Source: Verrucomicrobiales bacterium (lineage in GTDB: Bacteria > Verrucomicrobiota > Verrucomicrobiia > Verrucomicrobiales > V1-33). From it: 64,000 nt of DNA. Numbering within the stretch: the first letter of the stretch is position 1; every line of letters begins with the position of its first letter. A program made the position numbers and the translations under genes. Where the stretch lies: positions 2,388 through 66,387 of the forward strand of contig CANHIJ010000005.1 in the NCBI GenBank assembly GCA_947460575.1, given 5' to 3'. Below, piece after piece: positions 19,601 through 26,924 of this stretch. Under the pieces are notes generated by a model. It had not been told where the DNA came from. It ran no database searches and saw only the letters and a program-made list of their open reading frames with translations.

Positions 19601-19749
19601 CGCTTGGAGGCGTCCGGCCCGTGGCAGGCAAAACATTGGTCCGAGAGCAGCGGCCGGATCTGGCGATTGTAAGATACTTTCTCCAGCGCCGCACACGGCC
19701 CAGCCGCCAGCAAGAGGAAGGTCAAAATCGGGGCAAGGCGAGAAATCAT
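16675..19749 (-). CDS. PSCyt/DUF1549/DUF1553-type exported protein with two CxxCH motifs
   Basis: Signal peptide, then IRPLLSDQCFACHGPD...GLRLDL (PSCyt-type heme motif). Further on come a DUF1549-like region, a second motif CSQCHDHKFDP, a central ...LPTGGAGRASNGNFVVTE... module and a DUF1553-like C-terminus. It ends 14 nt upstream of the DUF1501 gene. Confidence 0.85.
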   Translation of the reverse strand: MISRLAPILTFLLLAAGPCAALEKVSYNRQIRPLLSDQCFACHGPDASKRKSGLRLDLRDSALLPAKSGARAIVPGDPGQSELIARLSNADPDELMPPPSTHKSLSEEQKQLFQRWIEEGAVYEGHWAYLAPVKPTLPADAGHPIDFLVGQRQHSLGLGFSAEADRRTLARRLYADLHGLPAPAAEVEAFVADASPDAYEKLVDRLLAASPYGERMAVWWLDLVRYADSAGYHSDKERNVSPFRDHVIGAFNQNQPFDQFTIEHLAGDLLPNATQEQKVASCFNKLLLTTDEGGAQAKDYEARYLQDRVRAVGTVWLAQTWMCSQCHDHKFDPMLASDFYSMGAFFADIDEGIIAAPEPGMMVFAPGQQQVYEAATAQRDRLQGSLEAETAESQLAYLRWENGQLQAALNPVWTPLMFGQRQAADGPALEDRGKGVYLAKGADPDKTVYTLTADSYPAAMTGLRLEALPQESLPTGGAGRASNGNFVVTEVKARLIRPDGSVAQELSFAKATASFEQEVAGADHPDKKWSAASTIDGDARGAEFGWAVLPQTGQAQSLWLELGAPVAAVADTRLVVEIQQAHGRGHHTLGQFRCSATTAAMAQAAAAPAAALPPPLAALLVKPIDQRSAEEQKSLVRHYRSLAPEWAETRQQLAQASAQIKEIEDRTVRCLTTKSTPNKRVVRLLPRGDFLNETGPVVKAALPSYLPSPKIDGREPNRLDLARWLVAAENPLTARVLANRLWKLFFGIGLSKTLEDFGLQGEMPPNLELLDWLACELRDGQWNVKGAVRSMVTSRTYRQVSTASPEMLTRDPENRELTRQSRFRLDAEFVRDYALTTARLLVPQIGGVSTKPYQPEGYWENLNFPARNWLPSTGASQYRRGLYTWWQRMFLHPAMLAFDAPSREECTAERVRSNIPQQALVLLNDPSFVEAAGALAGRVLAEGPGDDAGRIAWLWRESLQRPPTPEESATLLTLLTGHRTAYLADPAAAQSLGQAAPPAAAAEHAAWTSVARVALNLHEFITRS

Positions 19750-19828
19750 GCCCCATTGCTACAGTAAATGCCTGCCGAGGCAACCTGCAAAGGTGGACCC
19801 GCCCCAACTGCGGCCCCAACCGCGGCCC

Positions 19829-20170
19829 TCAGTGCCGCACAAATCCCGCCAACACTAGGCCCCAAAGCAGCGCCAAGAGGAGCGCCAACCCGGCCACCCA
19901 GTACTTCCAGGGCAAGTGGTGGGGCTTAAACCTGCTGGCCCGGCCAAATTCCCGCCGCCGCCACGCCTCGTAGTCGAAATCCTCCTCGCTCTCGGGCAAC
20001 TCCGCGCCCTCTTCCTCCTCGTCCTCCGCTTCTTCCGGGGCCTCGGCAGCCTTCGCGGCCGCTCGGCCGCCGCACTGGCGGCACGGCGCGGAGCCCACCT
20101 TGATGGCCGCGCCGCAGCTGGGACAGGCGTACCAGTCCGCCTCGCGCGGGGAGTTCAGATAGCGGCTCAT
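19829..20170 (-). CDS. small zinc-ribbon protein with acidic linker and C-terminal TM helix
   Basis: CPSCG...CRQCG (four-Cys ribbon), an EEAEDEEEEGAELPESEEDFDYE acidic stretch, then WKYWVAGLALLLALLWGLVLAGFV at the extreme C-terminus. Confidence 0.55.
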   Translation of the reverse strand: MSRYLNSPREADWYACPSCGAAIKVGSAPCRQCGGRAAAKAAEAPEEAEDEEEEGAELPESEEDFDYEAWRRREFGRASRFKPHHLPWKYWVAGLALLLALLWGLVLAGFVRH

Positions 20171-20306
20171 GGGACTCAGACACTATAGCATTAGGGCGCC
20201 AGCGCTGTCCAGGGAATCGAAAGCGGGGACTTTACTTTCCGGGGTCCAACCGCTTAATTCCCAGCCCCGCCACGGCCGCGGTTTTTTCAACCCTCGCCCC
20301 CGCCCC

Positions 20307-21818
20307 ATGTTCCCTTCCTCCCCTCTCCCGTCCGCCCTGCTCGCCGGACTCGCCGCGGTCCTCCTGCCCTGGGCGGCCTTCGCCCAGGACGAACCCGCCG
20401 GCGAAAAAACCTCCTCGCTGGGCAAACAATACGAGAGCATCGTCAACGTCGAGTGTTCCGCCCTGCGCGTCGACTACCGCACTCCCTGGAACGCCGCCAC
20501 CCCCTCCGGCGGCACCGGCACCGCCTTCCTCATCGGGCCCAATCTCTTCCTCACCAATGCCCACGTCATCAGCGACGCCAGCCGCATCGTGATCAAAAAA
20601 GTGGGCGCCTCCACGCCCCACCGCGCCCGCGTCAAATTCGTGGCTCACGACTGCGATCTCGCCTTGCTAGAGCTCGACCCACCCTCCCCGGCCTTTCTCC
20701 AGGCGGTTCCCCTCAGCATCAGCACCGAGATTCCCAAGCTCGATACCACCGTCAAGGTGGTTGGCTACCCGATTGGCGGGGAGCGCATTTCCGTGACCCG
20801 CGGGGTGGTCAGCCGAGTAGACTACCAAGAATTCACCCACAGCGGCGTAGACCAGCACCTCGCCATCCAAATTGATGCGGCAATCAACCCGGGCAACTCC
20901 GGCGGCCCGGTGCTCCAGGGAAACACCGTCGTCGGAGTCGCCTTTCAAGGCTACACCGGCGACGTCGCCCAAAACACCGGCTACATGATCCCGACCCCGG
21001 TCATCCGCCGCTTCCTCAAGGACGTGGCCGACGGAAGCTACGACCACTACGGCGAACTCGCCATTCAACACTATCCGCTGCTCAATCCCGCCCAGCGCAA
21101 GGCCCTGCAGCTCCCCGACAACGACCGCGGCGTCATGATCACCGCCGTCGACAGCACGGGCACCTGCGGCGGCGCCCTCAAGGTGGGCGACGTCCTCCTC
21201 GCCCTCGACGGCTACCCCATCGACAGCACCGGCTCCATCGACATCGACGGCGAACAGACCGAAATGGCCGAAGTGGTAGAGCGCAAATTTGTCGGCGATT
21301 CCCTCAAGCTTAAAATCTGGCGGGACCGCCAGGAGCAGGAGTTCGAGGTCAAATTGAAGGTCTTTCCCGCCTACCTCATGCAGGCCCACCAGTACGAAAA
21401 ACAGCCCGAGTACTTGGTGCACGCGGGTTTGGTATTCCAGCCCCTCAGCCACGAGTTGATGACCGCCTTTAGCCTGACAAACCTGCGCACCCGCTATTAC
21501 TACGAATACTACGCCCAAGACGAGCTCTACAAGGACCTCCCAGAGGTCGTCGTCCTCACCAGCATCCTGCCCGACGCCATCAATACCTGGGTGCGGGACT
21601 ACGTCGGCCAGGTGGTGGAATCCATCAACGGCGTCAAAATCAAGTCCCTCCGGGAGGCCGCCGAGGCCCTCGCCAAGGCCCCCGATGGCACCCACATGGT
21701 GATTCAATTCGCCGGCGAGGGGCGCCCCGTGGCCCTGGAAAAAGCGCTCATCGCGCCCGCCCACGAGCGCATCCTCCGCAAATACGGCGTGGCCTCCGAC
21801 CGCTACCTCGCCCCCTGA
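20307..21818 (+). CDS. exported Deg/HtrA-like serine protease with PDZ and C-terminal domain (triad intact)
   Basis: Trimmed to MFPSSPLPSALLAGLAAVLLPWAAFA (ATG 20307). Motifs FLTNAHVI (His), HDCDLALLEL (Asp) and INPGNSGGPVL (Ser); PDZ-like GVMITAVDSTGTCGGALKVGDVLLALDG. Confidence 0.85.
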   Translation: MFPSSPLPSALLAGLAAVLLPWAAFAQDEPAGEKTSSLGKQYESIVNVECSALRVDYRTPWNAATPSGGTGTAFLIGPNLFLTNAHVISDASRIVIKKVGASTPHRARVKFVAHDCDLALLELDPPSPAFLQAVPLSISTEIPKLDTTVKVVGYPIGGERISVTRGVVSRVDYQEFTHSGVDQHLAIQIDAAINPGNSGGPVLQGNTVVGVAFQGYTGDVAQNTGYMIPTPVIRRFLKDVADGSYDHYGELAIQHYPLLNPAQRKALQLPDNDRGVMITAVDSTGTCGGALKVGDVLLALDGYPIDSTGSIDIDGEQTEMAEVVERKFVGDSLKLKIWRDRQEQEFEVKLKVFPAYLMQAHQYEKQPEYLVHAGLVFQPLSHELMTAFSLTNLRTRYYYEYYAQDELYKDLPEVVVLTSILPDAINTWVRDYVGQVVESINGVKIKSLREAAEALAKAPDGTHMVIQFAGEGRPVALEKALIAPAHERILRKYGVASDRYLAP

Positions 21819-21852
21819 AGCGCCCCACCCCCTCACCCCTTTTCTTTTTCCC

Positions 21853-23334
21853 ATGAAATTCCGCCTGCTGTCCGCCGCCCTGCTGCTGGTTTTCGCGCTC
21901 CCTTCTCAGGGAACCGCCGCCCCCTCCCCAGAGACCTCCATTTTGCGCGTCAACATCACCAGCCAAGGTTTCAACTTCGCCCTGCCCTGGCAAAAACAGC
22001 GCCCCAGCACCCGCCGCGGCCTCGGCGCCCTGCTCCCCGGAAACCGCGTCCTCGTCACCGCCGAACTTGCCCAAGACGCCAACTACATCGAGCTCGAACA
22101 GGCCGCCTCCGGCAAGCGCATCACCGCAAAAGTCGAAGCCGTCGACTACGAAATCAATCTCGCTACCATCGTCCCAGATGAAGATCCCGGCTCCTTTTTC
22201 CAAGGCATGGAGCCCCTCGAACTCGATACCGCCCTCAAACCCAAGGCCGCCTTGGACGTCTGGCAATTTGAAACCAACGGCACCCCCGTCAGCTCTAGCG
22301 TCGAATTCAACCGCGTCGACCTCGGGCCCTACTTTCTCGAAGACCAGTTCTTCCTCGTCTTCCAAGCTAACGGCGCTGTCCAATACCGCAGCGGCACCTT
22401 CACTCTGCCCGTGATTCACCAAGGCAAACTCGCAGGAATGTTAGTGCGCTACAATTCCCGCGATCAGGTCTCCGACATCCTCCCCGCCACCATGGTGGAC
22501 CGCTTCCTCAAGGACGTGGCGACTCCGCCCTACGAGGGGCTCCCTAGCTTTGGACTGCGCATGTCTCCTAGCTTAGACCCCCAGCTGCGCAGCTTTTTGA
22601 AACTGGACGCCGAAAACGGGGGCGTCCTCGTCACCGATGTCACTCCCGGCTTCTCCGCCGCGGTGGCCGGAGTCCAGCAAGGCGACGTCATCCTGGAAAT
22701 GAACGGCCACAAAATCGACGCCCGCGGGTCCTATGAGGACCCCGACTACGGCTTGCTCGGCAGCGGCCACCTCGCCCGCGGCAAGGCCCTCGCGGGGGAC
22801 ACCCTGAAGTTGCTCCTCCTGCGCCAGGGCCAGCGCCTCGAACTCAACGTGACCCTGCTGCGCAAGCAGCCCCAGGATTACCTGGTCGACCCCTACGTCT
22901 TCGACCGCCAGCCGCGCTACCTCATTCTCGGCGGGGTGCTCTTTCAAGAACTCACCCTTCCCTTCCTCCAACTCGCCGGAAAAGAATGGCGCGACCGCGC
23001 CGCCTTCCGCCTGGTCTACGCCCAAGCCAACCAAGACGAATACCTCAAAGCCGGCCGCAAAAAGCTCGTCTTCATCAGCGGAGTCCTCCCCGCCCCCTGC
23101 ACCCTTGGCTACGAGCGCCTCGCCGGCTTGATCGTCAATCGCGTCAACGGCCAGGAAATCGCCGACCTGGCCGCCCTCGCCGAGGCCGTCAAAGTACCCC
23201 TCAACGGCATCCACCGCATCGACGTCGTCGACGGCCCCCGCACCATCTACCTCGACGAAGCCCAAGCCAAACAGGACAACGCCGAATTTCTCCCCAGCCG
23301 CTACCGGATCACCGCGATGGAAAACTTGAAGTAA
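21853..23334 (+). CDS. exported Deg-like paralogue lacking all three catalytic residues (pseudoprotease) with PDZ
   Basis: Colinear with the preceding protease. The triad positions read VTAELAQDA (His->Glu), YEINLATIV (Asp->Asn) and RSGTFTLPVI (Ser->Phe). PDZ is retained (GVLVTDVTPGFSAAVAGVQQGDVILEMNG). It starts 34 nt after the protease stop. Confidence 0.75.
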   Translation: MKFRLLSAALLLVFALPSQGTAAPSPETSILRVNITSQGFNFALPWQKQRPSTRRGLGALLPGNRVLVTAELAQDANYIELEQAASGKRITAKVEAVDYEINLATIVPDEDPGSFFQGMEPLELDTALKPKAALDVWQFETNGTPVSSSVEFNRVDLGPYFLEDQFFLVFQANGAVQYRSGTFTLPVIHQGKLAGMLVRYNSRDQVSDILPATMVDRFLKDVATPPYEGLPSFGLRMSPSLDPQLRSFLKLDAENGGVLVTDVTPGFSAAVAGVQQGDVILEMNGHKIDARGSYEDPDYGLLGSGHLARGKALAGDTLKLLLLRQGQRLELNVTLLRKQPQDYLVDPYVFDRQPRYLILGGVLFQELTLPFLQLAGKEWRDRAAFRLVYAQANQDEYLKAGRKKLVFISGVLPAPCTLGYERLAGLIVNRVNGQEIADLAALAEAVKVPLNGIHRIDVVDGPRTIYLDEAQAKQDNAEFLPSRYRITAMENLK

Positions 23335-23346
23335 GGCGCCGCCCTT

Positions 23347-24666
23347 TCAAGCCGGGGGCGCTTCCCGCCCTAGCCAGGCGATGGCCTCCGCGCGAGTGCG
23401 CAGGGTGCCGTCCAGTTGTTGGTCTTGCACGGCTCTGAGGAGGCGGCCGATCTCCGGGCCCCGGGGATAGCCGAGGCCCATCAGGTCGTAGCCCGTGAGG
23501 AGCGGCGGCGGAATCACCGGCTCATCGGCGAATTCCGCCTTTTTCGCGAGCAGGAAATGGTAGTTGTCCAGCATGCCGTGGCAGCCCAAGCAGTCGACCC
23601 GGTGCAGCGCCATCTGGTCGTCAAAGGTGGCGTCAGCCATCCAGCGCTTCAACTTCGCCGGACGCATCTCCTGCACGTGCATGAATTTCATGTGCAGCCG
23701 CACCGCCTCGACCGCGGCGTCGATCACTTCGTTAGAAAACTTGAGGCGCCGCAAAATGTTGCCCGCCATGGCCGCACCCAGCTCGTCGTGGCCATTGAAG
23801 CGGATGCGGCCCGTCTCGTCGACGGTGCGGGTGCCGGGCTTGGCAATGTCGTGGAGCAGGACGCTGAGCAACAAGGGGGTGCTAACTACTTCCGGAAGCA
23901 GGCTCAGCATCAGGCGAGTGTGGACCCAGACGTCGCCTTCGGGATGGAATTCGGGGGGCTGGCTGCAGCCCTTGAGGGCCTCCATTTCCGGCAGGATGAC
24001 CCGGAGGAGACCGGACTCGTCTAGCAAATCCAAGCCGCGCACCCGATTGGGGTGCAACATGATTTTGAGAAACTCGTCGCGGCTGCGCTCAATGCTAATT
24101 TTCGCTAGGCGGGGGGCCTCAGCTTTGACTGCGGCCCAGGTGGCGGGTTCGATTTCCCAGCCCAGGGTGGCGGCGAAGCGGACCGCCCGCAAGAGGCGCA
24201 GGTGGTCTTCGCGGAAGCGGGCCGCGGGGTCGCCGATGGCCCGCACGAGGTGCGCCGCGAGGTCGGCGCGGCCGCCCACAAAATCGATCACCAGATCCGC
24301 CGCGGGGTCGTAAAAGAGGCCGTTGACCGTGAAGTCGCGGCGCTGGGCATCCTCCTGCGGCGTGGCATAACTGACGGCCTCGGGATGGCGCCCGTCCTGG
24401 TAGCTGCCGTCAGTGCGAAACGTGGCCACTTCGATGTGCTCGGGGCCGCTGCGCACCACCACCACCCCAAAGTGGGCCCCGACCGCCTGACTTTTCGGAA
24501 AGAGACGCTGCACCTCTTCCGGCGTGGCGTCGGTGGCAATGTCGTAGTCGTGGGGATCGGCGCCGCGCAGGGCGTCGCGGACGCAGCCGCCCGCGAAGTA
24601 GGCGATGAAGCCGGCTTGGCGCAGTCGCTGCGCGATTTCCGCGGCCCGTTGTTTGCTCTCGCTCAT
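23347..24666 (-). CDS. cca: CCA-adding tRNA nucleotidyltransferase (class II, with HD domain)
   Basis: Motifs YFAGGCVRDALRG...DYDIAT...RRDFTVNGLFYDP (polymerase-beta head) plus VLLHDIAKPGT (HD domain). Confidence 0.8.
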   Translation of the reverse strand: MSESKQRAAEIAQRLRQAGFIAYFAGGCVRDALRGADPHDYDIATDATPEEVQRLFPKSQAVGAHFGVVVVRSGPEHIEVATFRTDGSYQDGRHPEAVSYATPQEDAQRRDFTVNGLFYDPAADLVIDFVGGRADLAAHLVRAIGDPAARFREDHLRLLRAVRFAATLGWEIEPATWAAVKAEAPRLAKISIERSRDEFLKIMLHPNRVRGLDLLDESGLLRVILPEMEALKGCSQPPEFHPEGDVWVHTRLMLSLLPEVVSTPLLLSVLLHDIAKPGTRTVDETGRIRFNGHDELGAAMAGNILRRLKFSNEVIDAAVEAVRLHMKFMHVQEMRPAKLKRWMADATFDDQMALHRVDCLGCHGMLDNYHFLLAKKAEFADEPVIPPPLLTGYDLMGLGYPRGPEIGRLLRAVQDQQLDGTLRTRAEAIAWLGREAPPA

Positions 24667-24720
24667 GGGACCAAGAAAGCGGGAGGCGCCGGGCCGCGCA
24701 AGGGGCCCGGCGAGGCCAAA

Positions 24721-25224
24721 CTACATCCGAGCAGGAGTGGTACGCGGGACTTCGCGGGAGGGGATGTACTTGGGGCTGTAGCGCTCCCCGGGCAGGAAGA
24801 GGAAGCCTGGGGTGCGGTTGCTGATCTGATAGCTTGTGGCCGCGAAGGAGGGCAACTCCATGTCGGCATTGGGGTCGTAGACGGTGCGGCCCGTCAGGGC
24901 TCCCGTGAGGCGGTACTCGTAGTTGTGGTCAAAACCGTGGGCCAGCCCCGCGTCGCTGGGCATTTCCGGCAGGCGGTCGGGGGTTTTCAGCCGGGACTCG
25001 TCCATCACCACCAATTGAGCTTCCTCCCACAACTGCCCGGGGCGCCGCACGTACCCCCAAAAGCGCACCTTGTCGACAAAGTACCGGCGGCCGATCCAGT
25101 AGTCCCCCCGGACCTCGGCGCGCAGGGCCGCGTGGCGGGCTTCCACCAGCGGTCCCCCCGCGGTAGTCGTACAGGAGGACAGCAGCGGAAACAGGGCGAG
25201 CAGGAGCAGAAGGGCGCGGGACAT
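24721..25224 (-). CDS. small lipoprotein, hypothetical
   Basis: Trimmed to MSRALLLLLALFPLLSSC (lipobox LSSC; ATG complement 25222-25224). The upstream part of the track ORF is Arg/Pro-rich noise overlapping the next gene. Confidence 0.6.
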   Translation of the reverse strand: MSRALLLLLALFPLLSSCTTTAGGPLVEARHAALRAEVRGDYWIGRRYFVDKVRFWGYVRRPGQLWEEAQLVVMDESRLKTPDRLPEMPSDAGLAHGFDHNYEYRLTGALTGRTVYDPNADMELPSFAATSYQISNRTPGFLFLPGERYSPKYIPSREVPRTTPARM

Positions 25225-25309
25225 GGCGGTGATTTTAGATGGTCTCAAAGAGAAACGCCAGCGGCAGGCGAATTTTTGCCGCGGCCCCGCCGCAGGGCTT
25301 TCCCATGGC

Positions 25310-26764
25310 TCAGTCCTGCACCGCCGGGGGGGCCGCGGGCGCCGCGGCCCCGGGGCCTTCTTGGGCGATTTGTTGGTGGATCGACTTCGCCGCATTGGCG
25401 CCCTGGCGCATCGCCCCGTGCATGTTGGGATAGCAGAAGGCCCCTTGGCGCCCCGCGGTACGCAAGTTCGGAAGGGCATCCAAGGTAGCCTTGAGGGCTT
25501 GAAAATGGGGCTCAAAGCCCAGCTTGAAAATCGGATAGCCGTGCACCGCCTGCAGGATGTGCCACTCTTTGATTTGCGACCGGGTGCAGACGTTTTCGAT
25601 TTCGAGGTCCCGCATGATCTGCTCTTTGACCTCGTCCGTGGCCCGCCACTTCTCGTCGCCCATCTCGCAAGTCGTTTCGACAATCAGGACGCTGTGGTCC
25701 GGGGGATTGACGATCAGCCCAGCATTTTTCGGCTCCCCCACGCGGTGGAAGATGCGCTCGCGGTAATATATGTAGAGTCCGTCGATGCACTTTGGTTTGT
25801 CGACGAGGAGTCCGTGGATCGTGATCGGCTTAAACTTGAGGTACTCGCAGGAAGCGAGGATATCCGGCGGCGGCGGCGGGCTCAGCTGGCGCACCAGGAG
25901 GGGCAAGGGAATGGTGTTGATGCAGTAGTCGCAGAGGTGCCGCGTCAGGGCGCCGGTGGCGGTGTCGCGCGCCGTCACCGCGGTGACGCGGCCCTCCACC
26001 GTTTCCACCTGGTCGACTTCCTGGCGGTACAGAATGGTGGCTCCGAGGGTCTCGGCAAAGGCCGCCAGGCGGCGCGTTAGGGTTTCCGCGCCGGTCGCCG
26101 AGTAGTGCAGGGTCTCGTCCGAGAGGGCGCTGTCCACCGCGTGGACCCGGTTGTCCTTGATGCCGACTTTGGAGAGGATTTTTTTGAGCACGTCCACCGC
26201 GGTGAGGCGGGGCATCTTGGTCGTGATGAATTTGGCGTCCAGTTCCGTGGTCGGAAAGCCCCAGTAGCGCTGGGTGAAGTCCTGGAAGAAAAACTCATAG
26301 AGCTGGCGGCCGTAGAGTTGGATTAAGGCGTCCTCCGCGTTGATGGGAGTTTTGGGAAACAACTTGAACCACAGCTGGGTCCCGAAAAGGCTGGCGACGC
26401 AGCGGGCCAAGGTCAGCGGCGGGATCCCCTTGATCATGTCCCCAAACTGCAGCGGATAGCGGTAAAACGACCCCGCCCAGCGGATTTTGGAGTCGAGTTG
26501 CACCGCGAGGCGCTCTTCGCCCATGATGTGGTCCCGGATGTCGTGGAAGATTTCCTGGTCGAACTCGTGCAGCATGTGCACCCCGAGGTCGTACCAATTG
26601 TTGCAGCGCTGAAAGCTCGTGGCCAGGCCTCCGGGGTGGCCTTCCTTTTCCAACAAGGTAACTTGGTGCCCCTGAGCCGCGAGGGTCCGGGCGGCATAGA
26701 GGCCAGTGGGTCCGCCGCCGAGGATGAGAACGCGGGCTGAGGGGACGGGGTGGGGCGCGGGCAT
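25310..26764 (-). CDS. FAD-dependent oxidoreductase (amine-oxidase / protoporphyrinogen-oxidase-like fold)
   Basis: Rossmann dinucleotide motif VLILGGGPTGLYAARTLAAQGHQVTLLEKEGHPGG near the N-terminus. Start at MPAPHP (complement 26762-26764). Substrate not inferable. Confidence 0.7.
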   Translation of the reverse strand: MPAPHPVPSARVLILGGGPTGLYAARTLAAQGHQVTLLEKEGHPGGLATSFQRCNNWYDLGVHMLHEFDQEIFHDIRDHIMGEERLAVQLDSKIRWAGSFYRYPLQFGDMIKGIPPLTLARCVASLFGTQLWFKLFPKTPINAEDALIQLYGRQLYEFFFQDFTQRYWGFPTTELDAKFITTKMPRLTAVDVLKKILSKVGIKDNRVHAVDSALSDETLHYSATGAETLTRRLAAFAETLGATILYRQEVDQVETVEGRVTAVTARDTATGALTRHLCDYCINTIPLPLLVRQLSPPPPPDILASCEYLKFKPITIHGLLVDKPKCIDGLYIYYRERIFHRVGEPKNAGLIVNPPDHSVLIVETTCEMGDEKWRATDEVKEQIMRDLEIENVCTRSQIKEWHILQAVHGYPIFKLGFEPHFQALKATLDALPNLRTAGRQGAFCYPNMHGAMRQGANAAKSIHQQIAQEGPGAAAPAAPPAVQD

Positions 26765-26924
26765 GGCGAAGGGAAACTGGCTGAGGGCCAAGAGGGGGTC
26801 GAGGATTGCGGGGCGGAGCGCGAGGAGCAAATGAAATTCCGCTCAGGCTAGCGCCGGAGCCGAACCGAACTACAGGGCAAGTAGCCCCACATTTCAAGCC
26901 CTAGCTGCGGCCGCCCCGCCGCCC

